Shown here: positions 56,588 to 64,000 of the stretch, piece by piece | Layout: each line of letters starts with the position of its first letter | Numbering within the stretch: position 1 is the stretch's first letter | NCBI GenBank assembly: GCA_031389045.1 | Contig: JANMSE010000193.1 | Coordinates: forward strand, 4,926-68,925 | DNA: 64,000 nt | From: Deltaproteobacteria bacterium | GTDB lineage: Bacteria > Desulfobacterota > Binatia > Bin18 | Direction: 5' to 3' | The notes under the pieces: generated by a model | Seen by the model: the letters and a program-made list of their open reading frames with translations, nothing else | The model's database searches: none | Told to the model about the DNA's origin: nothing | Program-made: the position numbers and the translations under genes

Positions 56588-57514
56588 TCACAACTTCGGC
56601 AACACCTCCCGCGCCAACAATTCGAGATGCTCCATCTCATCGAAGACTGGATTGAGCATTAGATGTTGCGCCCCGGCGTGGGTCAGTTCTCCCAGCTTAT
56701 CGAGACATTCCGCGAGACTGCCCCAGAGCGAGACGCGCACCGCCATGTCCGCGTTCTTGTAGCGGTCGCCAAACCACTCCCGCAGGCGACGTTCCGCGCG
56801 CTCTTTATTGTTGTCGATGGCGATGTACACCCGCTTCGACAACGGAAACGTGGCCGGGTCGCGCTTCGCTTCATCCAAGAAGCCGCGCAATAACTCCACG
56901 TGTTTCACAAAATCCGATGACGACGAACTGCCAGCGCCCATCCAACCATCGCCGTGGCGCACGGCTCGTTTCAGACCAACCGGCTCGCGCGCCCCGAACC
57001 ACAGCGGCGGATACGGCTTCTGCACCGGCTTGGGTTCCATCGAAATGTTCGTGAAGTTCCAGAACGTGCCTGACACGGTGGCTTTTGGTTGCGTCCACAG
57101 CGCTTTCAGGATGTTCAAGCCTTCAACGAAGCGGCGCGCGCGCTGCTCACCCGTCACCCCAAAGACCGCCTCTTGCATGTGTGGACCACCAAACCCCACA
57201 CCAACAGTGAGTCGCCCCTGGCTCAGTTGATCGAGCGAGGACAAACTTTTCGCCAACTGCACGGGATTGCGAATCGTGGGCAGAATGACCGACGTACCAA
57301 GTCGCAGCTTGGTCGTCAGCGCCGCCGCGTACGTCAGTAACGTAATCGGCTCCAAGATCGACGTGTCACCAATAATTTGCTCTTGCACCCACAAACTATC
57401 GTAGCCAAGGGTTTCCGCCTTACGCAGAAACGTATGCAAAAATTGGATGTCGATAGGGGAACTGGCGAAGGTTTGTGGAATCGCGATCCCGCAGGGGGTT
57501 TTTCCGGTTGCCAT
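56588..57514 (-). CDS. LLM-family oxidoreductase, probably F420-dependent
   Basis: YDSLWVQEQ, GRLTVGVGFGG and PPLWFG. ATG 57514 follows GAGGAAA; the track start 57529 is TTG. Confidence 0.8.
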   Translation of the reverse strand: MATGKTPCGIAIPQTFASSPIDIQFLHTFLRKAETLGYDSLWVQEQIIGDTSILEPITLLTYAAALTTKLRLGTSVILPTIRNPVQLAKSLSSLDQLSQGRLTVGVGFGGPHMQEAVFGVTGEQRARRFVEGLNILKALWTQPKATVSGTFWNFTNISMEPKPVQKPYPPLWFGAREPVGLKRAVRHGDGWMGAGSSSSSDFVKHVELLRGFLDEAKRDPATFPLSKRVYIAIDNNKERAERRLREWFGDRYKNADMAVRVSLWGSLAECLDKLGELTHAGAQHLMLNPVFDEMEHLELLAREVLPKL

Positions 57515-57530
57515 ATTTGTTTTCCTCAAT

Positions 57531-57550
57531 CAGTAGTCAGTAGTCAGTAG
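57531..57550. repeat. CAGTAGT heptamer repeat (family F, copy 2)
   Basis: The sequence cagtagtcagtagtcagtag contains the BKACE stop codon (57544-57546). Confidence 0.7.
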
Positions 57551-58518
57551 AGGAGAAGAAGTAGGGTGCGCTTTGCGCACCTCTCCGTTTCCCCATTTCC
57601 CCATTTCCCCTCTTGCCCCCTTCCTCCAAGCCTCAAGCCGCAAGTCTCCAGTTCTAAGCCAATCAACCGTCGTGCCTCTTGCGGGCTCGCGGGTTCTCTC
57701 CCGTTAGCACGTGCGACTTCGACCGCCCATTTGACGAAATCCGCGTTACTGGTCGCCAGTGACCCATCGACCAGCGTCGCGCGGTCCTCAAAACCGACGC
57801 GAATGTGGGCTCCCGTTGTAATGGCGAGATTGCCGATGGTGAACACACTGTCCTCATACCCGTGCGCCGCCCAAATCGCCTTGGGAAACAACTCCTTGAC
57901 GCACTCGGTCATGTAGAAATAACTGCGCGGTGTTCCAGGCATGATCTGGAAGCCGTCTCCGAACCGACCGGAGAACTCGACCAGGAGATACCGAGGAACG
58001 GGCAGCAGTCCGTCTTCAACAAGCGTAGCGACGTTGGTGAGAAACCCGGTATCCAGCACCGCCGGTTCCGGCACGATGCCCCGTTCACGACAAGCCAGAA
58101 TGATCTGGCGAATATCCTCGTAGGAGTTCGGAATCGCAATCGTGCGACGCGAGCCGTTCACCAGTGGAGAGTTGAAGACGATGTTACCAGTGTTGAGTGA
58201 GATCATATCCACCGGCTCCGGGGTCTCGCGCAGGTAGCGGAGGACTTGGTCAATGGTCGCGTCAGGCATGCGCGCGGTCGTGTGGTTGACGAGCAGCGAG
58301 GTCTGGGCGCGGATCTGACGATCCGCCTCAGTGTACCAGGCCGGGTCGTAGCTGATCGCGCCTTGCAGGGTGCGCGCATGAATATGCACGATTGACGCCC
58401 CGGCATCGCAACACCGCTTCGCCTCGGCAGCGATCTCGGTTGGGGTCCACGGCACGTTGGCATTCTGTTCGCGGCCACGCGCACCGTTGAGACAGGCTTT
58501 AATAATGATTTTGTCCAT
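57544..58518 (-). CDS. 3-keto-5-aminohexanoate cleavage enzyme family (BKACE/DUF849) protein, with a C-terminal ~40 aa encoded by repeat DNA
   Basis: IIKACLNGAR...VHIHAR...HIRVGFED is the BKACE Zn-ligand pattern. The tail ...ETCGLRLGGRGQEGKWGNGETERCAKRTLLLLLY reads through CCCCATTT repeats. Confidence 0.8.
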   Translation of the reverse strand: MDKIIIKACLNGARGREQNANVPWTPTEIAAEAKRCCDAGASIVHIHARTLQGAISYDPAWYTEADRQIRAQTSLLVNHTTARMPDATIDQVLRYLRETPEPVDMISLNTGNIVFNSPLVNGSRRTIAIPNSYEDIRQIILACRERGIVPEPAVLDTGFLTNVATLVEDGLLPVPRYLLVEFSGRFGDGFQIMPGTPRSYFYMTECVKELFPKAIWAAHGYEDSVFTIGNLAITTGAHIRVGFEDRATLVDGSLATSNADFVKWAVEVARANGREPASPQEARRLIGLELETCGLRLGGRGQEGKWGNGETERCAKRTLLLLLY

Positions 58519-58586
58519 TATGAAATCTCCTGGGAGCGCGGGCGTCTCACCCGCGTCAAAGCGAAAGCGCGAGGATGGGTTCGATC

Positions 58587-59705
58587 CTACAACGCCGCCG
58601 CGCGAATATCGTCCGTGGCGATGGTCCGATGAGGGTTGAAGTACGGGATGATGTGCTGCCCGATGCGTTTGATCGACCGCATGATATTGGCGTGCGGAAT
58701 ACGACCCGCCTGCTTGAAGCAGATCACCTGGCTCAAACCCGCCGCCTGAAAACGCTCCAACTTACGCATCACTTCGTCAGGATTGCCGACCGCCACCATG
58801 TGATGTTCCTTGAGTTGGGCATCGGTCGCCTCTTTCGGGTCCGCATCCATCGCGAACACATTGCGGAGATATTCATACGAATAGAGGTTGTTCTTCACCA
58901 CCAGCGGCTCGAATAACTTGGCGACGTTGTGCAGAAACCACCGGGCCCCATCAAGGCCAATCGCTTCCTCTTCCTTGTTCTCGGCCACGTGCATGATGGC
59001 CACGCCAGCGAATTGTTCGTTGACGACTTTCGGAATCTGGTCGGACCGGGTGGCGCAGGAGGCCCGATAGCTCTCCATGCTCTTCTGCACTTGCTCCCAG
59101 TTGAAATTGAAGCTCAACACGCCGAGCCCACGATCCCCAGCCATCTGGTAGCTTTCCGGCGCGACGCAGGCCATCCACATCGGCGGATGGGGTTTCTGAA
59201 TCGGCTTGGGCACCACACGACGGGGCGGAATTTTCATAATCTTGCCGTCGTATTCGAGAATATCTTCGGTCCACGCCTTGACGATGATTTGCAGCGCTTC
59301 CCGCACTTCGTCGCGCGTGCGGTCATAATCGACATTGAAGCCGTCGAGTTCTTGCGCGGTGGTTGAGCGTCCGGTGCCGAGGTCCATGCGCCCATTGCTC
59401 ATAATGTCGAGCACGGCGGCTTGCTCGGCCACTTTGATCGGGTGATTGAAATTGAAGGGCAACAGCCGCACGCCGTGAGCGATACGGATATTCTTGGTGC
59501 GCTGGCTGACCGCGCCGTAGAACACTTCCGGGGCCGAGCTATGAGAGTATTCTTCGAGGAAGTGATGTTCGACTTCCCAGACGTAATCGAAACCAAGACG
59601 GTCGGCGAGTTCAATTTGCGCCAACGCTTCCCAATAGACGTTGTACTCACTGCGGTCATGCCACGGGCGTGGCGTTTCCATTTCGTAGAGCAAGCCAAAT
59701 TTCAT
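58587..59705 (-). CDS. LLM-family flavin-dependent oxidoreductase
   Basis: MKFGLLYEME..., FDYVWEVEHHF and GRMDLGTGRS. Start set at ATG 59705. Confidence 0.82.
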   Translation of the reverse strand: MKFGLLYEMETPRPWHDRSEYNVYWEALAQIELADRLGFDYVWEVEHHFLEEYSHSSAPEVFYGAVSQRTKNIRIAHGVRLLPFNFNHPIKVAEQAAVLDIMSNGRMDLGTGRSTTAQELDGFNVDYDRTRDEVREALQIIVKAWTEDILEYDGKIMKIPPRRVVPKPIQKPHPPMWMACVAPESYQMAGDRGLGVLSFNFNWEQVQKSMESYRASCATRSDQIPKVVNEQFAGVAIMHVAENKEEEAIGLDGARWFLHNVAKLFEPLVVKNNLYSYEYLRNVFAMDADPKEATDAQLKEHHMVAVGNPDEVMRKLERFQAAGLSQVICFKQAGRIPHANIMRSIKRIGQHIIPYFNPHRTIATDDIRAAAL

Positions 59706-59763
59706 AAAGTCTCCTTCATCCACGGATGAGATGTGAGCGAGAAAATGCGTGAAGGTAAGCATG

Positions 59764-59890
59764 CAGCTATCAGCTTTCAGTAATCAGCCAGACAAGAAAA
59801 CAGAGAAAAATTTGCCCAACTTTTCACACGAGCATGGTCCCAAGGTGCGTCCCCTCTTTTTTTGCTGACCGCTGATAGCTGACGGCTGAA
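59764..59890. repeat. inverted GCTGATAGCTGA-word arms flanking a ~70-bp spacer (family H)
   Basis: cagctatcagctttcagtaatcagcca (59764-59790) versus gctgaccgctgatagctgacggctgaa (59864-59890), in a divergent intergenic region. Confidence 0.6.
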
Positions 59891-60050
59891 CGCTTACTGC
59901 GTAAGAAAGTCCACTTCGAGGGGCATATAGAGTTGTCCCCAGAGTGTCAAGGCAAACGTCTAGCTTGAGGAGTTCGAGCGGATCATCTAAGCTGCCGCGC
60001 AATCGCGGACTTTGGCAACTGAAGCGAAGCCGCGCAAGAAAGGAAGACTC

Positions 60051-60779
60051 ATGCGAAAGTTACTGTATTTCACCATTGGAGCAATCATCTGTTCGAGTTC
60101 GATTGCCTCCGCTCAATCCGCCACTCCCACGACGGATGAACAGAAAACCCTGTACGCACTAGGGATGGCCATCAGTCAGTCTCTCGGCATTTTCAGCCTC
60201 AGTGAAGAAGAACTCACCATGGTCAACGCGGGGATCGCCGATGGCGTGCTCAAGCGGGAGCCAAAAGTCGTCATGCAGGAATTCATGCCCAAAGTGCAAC
60301 AATTGCAGCAGGCACGCCTAGCGGTGGTCTCCGACGCTGAAAAGAAAGCCGGAGCCGAATTCCTCACCAAGGCCGCCACTGAGAAAGGGGCGACGAAAAC
60401 CGATTCGGGGCTGGTGTTCTCCACCATCACCGAGGGCAAAGGCCCTTCCCCCAAGGCGACGGATAAAGTGAAGGTCCACTATCACGGCACGCTCACCAAT
60501 GGTGAAGTCTTCGACAGCTCGACGCAACGTGGCGAACCCGTCACGTTCCCCTTGAATGGCGTGATTCCCTGTTGGACCGAAGGGGTGCAACGCATGAAGG
60601 TGGGAGAAAAAAGCCGTCTCGTCTGCCCATCGTCGATCGCCTACGGGGAGCGTGGGGCTCCGCCAAAGATCAAGCCCGGCTCGACGCTCGTCTTTGAAGT
60701 CGAGCTGCTCGAAATCGTCAAGGACGATGCCGCCAGCACGGGCGGCGACGAAGGAAAAGCCAAGAAAACAACCAAATAA
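60051..60779 (+). CDS. FKBP-type peptidyl-prolyl cis-trans isomerase (FkpA-like, secreted)
   Basis: Signal peptide, N-terminal dimerisation helices, and an FKBP domain (VKVHYHGTLTNGEVFDSS...GVIPCWTEGVQRMKVGEK...PPKIKPGSTLVFEVELL). Confidence 0.9.
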   Translation: MRKLLYFTIGAIICSSSIASAQSATPTTDEQKTLYALGMAISQSLGIFSLSEEELTMVNAGIADGVLKREPKVVMQEFMPKVQQLQQARLAVVSDAEKKAGAEFLTKAATEKGATKTDSGLVFSTITEGKGPSPKATDKVKVHYHGTLTNGEVFDSSTQRGEPVTFPLNGVIPCWTEGVQRMKVGEKSRLVCPSSIAYGERGAPPKIKPGSTLVFEVELLEIVKDDAASTGGDEGKAKKTTK

Positions 60780-60932
60780 GGCACCGTCAGGAAATAACTT
60801 ACCGAGCATAGAACACTGCTGGACAAGCCAGCAGTGGCACCCACTAGCCAAATCGGCAAGTTATTTCTTGACACGTACTAAGACGCGCGCGCGTCACGTC
60901 ACTGAACCGTTTTCCGAAAAAGGAGGAGAACC

Positions 60933-62060
60933 ATGAAAGTAGGAATGACACTGCAATTGACCAGTTTCGGCGGCAAGCCGGATCAGCAAACCTATCAAGA
61001 AGAATTGGCCGTGGCGGATATGGCGGAAGGGTTGGGGTTCGACTCGGTCTGGACGCTCGACCATCATTTCACCGGCTATGTGATGTCGCCCGACCCGGTC
61101 GCGCTCTTGATGTACGTCGCGGGACGCACCAAACGCATCCAACTGGGCACGGCGGTGATCGTGCTGCCGTGGCATGACCCGGTGGAAGTCACCGAAAAAA
61201 TCGCCTTACTGGATACGATCTCCGGTGGCCGCACGATCTTTGGCTTTGGCCGTGGGGCGGCGTCGATTGAATACGCCGGATTCCGTATTCCGATGGAAGA
61301 GGCACGCGAACGCTTCGTCGAAAGCGCGCAGATTATCCGCAAGGGACTCACGCAGGAAAGCTTCTCGTTCGACGGTAAACACTACAAAATCCCCGAAATC
61401 CAGATTCGTCCACGGCCGATCTCACATCCTGAGAACCGCTTCTATGCGTCGTCGATCAGCCCGGAATCGGCGGAGATCATGGCCAAGTTAGGCTTCGGCG
61501 TATTGATCGTCGCACAACGCAGTTGGGAAGAGACGGCGGCGGATTACCATCGCTATCGTGACGCCGCGACCGCCAGTGGCCATCAGCCGCGTCCGCCGAT
61601 TGGGTTGTTCAATGTGTTGGTCGCCGACTCGGCGAGTGAAGCCGAGGACCTGGGCGCGATCCATTTGGGGGCGATGTTCGATTCCATCGACCGGCACTAT
61701 AAGTTCTCGGACGGCCACCTCTCGTCGGTCAAAGGTTACGAATTTTACGCCAAGCTGGCGAAGACCTACACGAAACTCAGTGTCGATGAGCAGGCCAAGA
61801 GCAAGGCCGTCGAGTTTTTCCGCAGTCTGCACGCCGCCGGGACTCCGGAGCAGGTGCTCGAAAAGTTCCGCTACATTCACCACACGGTGCCACTAGAACA
61901 TGCGATCGGCACGTTCGCGTTCGGTGGTCTGCCGTATCCGAAGCTGGAACGGAGCTTCAAACTGTTCGCCGAGAAAGTGTTGCCCGTGCTCCAGAACGAT
62001 CCCGCTTTCCGGCTTCCCAAGGACTACGTGCCCTCCCCCGCGATGAGCGCGCACGCATAG
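60933..62060 (+). CDS. LLM-family flavin-dependent oxidoreductase
   Basis: FDSVWTLDHHF and GRTIFGFGRG. ATG 60933 follows AGGAGGAG. Confidence 0.82.
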   Translation: MKVGMTLQLTSFGGKPDQQTYQEELAVADMAEGLGFDSVWTLDHHFTGYVMSPDPVALLMYVAGRTKRIQLGTAVIVLPWHDPVEVTEKIALLDTISGGRTIFGFGRGAASIEYAGFRIPMEEARERFVESAQIIRKGLTQESFSFDGKHYKIPEIQIRPRPISHPENRFYASSISPESAEIMAKLGFGVLIVAQRSWEETAADYHRYRDAATASGHQPRPPIGLFNVLVADSASEAEDLGAIHLGAMFDSIDRHYKFSDGHLSSVKGYEFYAKLAKTYTKLSVDEQAKSKAVEFFRSLHAAGTPEQVLEKFRYIHHTVPLEHAIGTFAFGGLPYPKLERSFKLFAEKVLPVLQNDPAFRLPKDYVPSPAMSAHA

Positions 62061-62151
62061 TGAAGATTCACGCCTCACGGTTGGCGTATCGAAGGAGAGG
62101 AGGCGTTCGCAGCCTCCTCTCCAATTCCCGGTTTCTTTCTTCAGGGAAGAA

Positions 62152-63321
62152 CTACTCTCCAAGCTGGTACACGCGACTCACATTTTCCCACAACACATGA
62201 CGCCGCGCCTGTTCTGGCAGTGGTGCCATCATCTCGCCTAGTGCTTCCATGTAATGGCCAATGTGATCGGGATGGGGAAAGTCCGACGCCCAGAAAAAGC
62301 GCTCACTGCCCACCACGTTAATCACCGACGACACCGTCTTTTCATCGGGATCGGCGGAAATCCAGCACTGGCGCTGGAAATAGGTGCTGGGGGATTCCTT
62401 CATGCTCGTCGTCTTGCCCAGCGGCACGCGGTACACGGCATCCATGCGATCCAACAAATAGCCGATCCACCCAGCCTGTGACTCCAACACCACCATCTTC
62501 ACCGTGGGAAAGCGATCAAAGAGCCCATAGTGGAAGAGCGACACGAAGGATTGCATCATCCCCTGGGCCACCAAGACATCCATGTACCAAGTAAAGTTGA
62601 ACGCTTCCTTGTTCTGAGCGAGATCGGAGAACCGTTTGTGCACATCCACTTCCGGCGGATCCGCCGTGGGATGAATGGCCAGCGGCACGTTCAACTCCTG
62701 CGCCTTGGCCCACAAGGGATCAAAGTCGGGATGGCCCGGCGATTTGAGTTTCCACGTAAACGGCAGAAAGAAGGCCCCCTTCGCGCCAGCCTTGACCGCC
62801 CGCTCGAGTTCGCGTGCCGCCTCTTTCGGGTCATCGTCCAGTGTGACCTGCGCGATCGGGATCAGCCGACCGCCTGAATCCGAACAGAAATCGACAATCC
62901 AGCGGTTATAGGCGCGACAGTGCGCGGCGGAGAGTTCCGCATCCTTGACCTCGCCGAGAAACAATCCCAACGTCGGATAGAGAATCGACTTGGCGATTCC
63001 TTCGCTATCCATGCGGGCGATGCGTTCCTTGGCATTCATTGAGCCAGCGGGAGCTCCGCCGACGTAGGTCAGATCGGGGCTGGGACTGAGGTCCGTGGCG
63101 CCCATCCCACCGAGCGAGCCTGGAAATCCTGGGTAGCCCGCCCACATCGGCTTGCCATCCAGTTCCATGTATTCGAGACCTTTACTGTTCGTGCGAATCC
63201 GCAACGCGCGATCCCGATACTTGGGTTCCAAATACTTCTCCCACAGATCGGGTGGTTCCAAGATATGGCCGTCGGCGTCGATCGCTCCTTTGAGCTGCAC
63301 GCCATTCTGTCCTTTTGTCAT
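62152..63321 (-). CDS. amidohydrolase-2 family metal-dependent hydrolase/decarboxylase (ACMSD-like)
   Basis: AIDADGHILEP (HxH-type start) and WASDFPHPD near the C-terminus. ATG 63321 follows AGGAGG. Confidence 0.8.
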   Translation of the reverse strand: MTKGQNGVQLKGAIDADGHILEPPDLWEKYLEPKYRDRALRIRTNSKGLEYMELDGKPMWAGYPGFPGSLGGMGATDLSPSPDLTYVGGAPAGSMNAKERIARMDSEGIAKSILYPTLGLFLGEVKDAELSAAHCRAYNRWIVDFCSDSGGRLIPIAQVTLDDDPKEAARELERAVKAGAKGAFFLPFTWKLKSPGHPDFDPLWAKAQELNVPLAIHPTADPPEVDVHKRFSDLAQNKEAFNFTWYMDVLVAQGMMQSFVSLFHYGLFDRFPTVKMVVLESQAGWIGYLLDRMDAVYRVPLGKTTSMKESPSTYFQRQCWISADPDEKTVSSVINVVGSERFFWASDFPHPDHIGHYMEALGEMMAPLPEQARRHVLWENVSRVYQLGE

Positions 63322-63393
63322 GTGGTTCCTCCTTACTCCTTTCGTTGGATCATCTTTTTTCAACGTCGCAGGGGCCGAGCGCTCATGTGTGGT

Positions 63394-63762
63394 TCAGAGC
63401 AGCCCCGGCCATTTGGCGAACTCGGCATACGTCCAATCGGTCGCGATCTTTCCGTCGCGGCAAGTGAGCACCGCACAGAAAGGCAATTGCCAGTCCGGCC
63501 CTTGATCGGGGTTGAGCAACACCGCCTCGACAATCACGACATTGCCCGTCGCATACGTGCGATCTACGCGCATTTTTCGCTTTGGGGCGGCGCGCAGCAC
63601 GTTCTTTTCAATTTGCACAAACTGCTCATACCCACGAATCATCCCGCCATTCACCTCACAATCTGGCGTGTAGCATTCATGGACGAACCGTTCGGCGTCG
63701 GTGTTGTACAAATCCTCGTAGCGCTTGGCGACAATGAGATTCTGTTGCTCTTCGGGCGTCAT
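63394..63762 (-). CDS. SnoaL/NTF2-like small protein
   Basis: 122 aa. The pattern (YEDLYNTDAERFVHECYTPDCEV...VIVEAVL) is typical of SnoaL-like polyketide cyclase/ketosteroid isomerase folds. Confidence 0.6.
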   Translation of the reverse strand: MTPEEQQNLIVAKRYEDLYNTDAERFVHECYTPDCEVNGGMIRGYEQFVQIEKNVLRAAPKRKMRVDRTYATGNVVIVEAVLLNPDQGPDWQLPFCAVLTCRDGKIATDWTYAEFAKWPGLL

Positions 63763-63810
63763 GGTTTTCTCTCCTTATTGTGATGCTGTATAGAAACTTA
63801 TCCCTAACGA

Positions 63811-64000
63811 TTAGTCAAACATCAATACCGTGCGCGTGACTTCCCCGGCTTGCATCGCACGAAATGCCTCATTGATATCTTCCAGCCGTCCACGACGGGT
63901 AATCATATCGTCGAGATTCAAACGGCCTTGCCGGTAGAGGTCCAGGTACTTCGGCATATCGATCTGAAACCGATTCGACCCCATGTAACAGCCTTGAATG
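63811..64000 (-). CDS. zinc-type alcohol dehydrogenase, C-terminal fragment (5' end outside window)
   Basis: My own minus-strand translation reads ...IQGCYMGSNRFQIDMPKYLDLYRQGRLNLDDMITRRGRLEDINEAFRAMQAGEVTRTVLMFD*. This is absent from the ORF track because the window holds no start codon. Confidence 0.65.
   Translation of the reverse strand, partial: IQGCYMGSNRFQIDMPKYLDLYRQGRLNLDDMITRRGRLEDINEAFRAMQAGEVTRTVLMFD

Noticed and set aside
59784-60002. 72-aa minus-strand ORF in the divergent spacer between the LLM and FKBP genes
   Set aside because: It runs through the family H repeat arms and has no RBS or motif. It is probably non-coding.

Overview
A 64-kb chromosomal segment from a moderately high-GC bacterium (GC judged by eye, not computed). 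It is probably an uncultivated diderm. The gene order resembles Nitrospirota, NC10/Rokubacteria or Desulfobacterota, but I cannot assign taxonomy from sequence alone. Coding density is high and no transposase, integrase, CRISPR array or rRNA is visible. The backbone is housekeeping. It includes folP, tkt, trmB, coaBC, dapL, folK, tal, hpnH and groEL. It also includes two conserved translation clusters on the minus strand: thrS-infC-rpmI-rplT-pheS-pheT-ihfA-merR, and ispE-tRNA(Gln)-prs-rplY-pth-rpsF-rpsR-rplI-tRNA(Val). The 3' third (51.6-64 kb) is a redox and catabolic island. It holds four luciferase-like (LLM) oxidoreductases, an OYE/FAD reductase, BKACE, a crotonase, an amidohydrolase and two MFS transporters. 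Five things deserve a second look. (1) At 3.0-7.1 kb, an operon encodes a rhodanese-MoeB fusion, a 4x[4Fe-4S] ferredoxin, an FAD oxidoreductase and a MoaD/ThiS-like carrier ending GG-VA. This looks like the accessory set of a tungsten aldehyde-oxidoreductase operon without the catalytic subunit. (2) There are many families of short (mostly heptamer) word repeats and palindromes, and nearly all start directly at, or within about 10 nt of, a stop codon. (3) Two paralogous DUF4258 / YgiT-zinc-finger toxin-antitoxin-like pairs are present, and one toxin carries an in-frame TGA. (4) An orphan beta-class DNA methyltransferase is followed by what looks like a truncated partner gene. (5) Smaller items include a retropepsin two-gene cassette, tandem Lpp/OprI-like lipoproteins, an orphan GroEL with a His-rich tail, and a PAS-DHp-REC protein with no ATPase domain. 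All functional calls come from motif recognition in the supplied translations. No database search was run.
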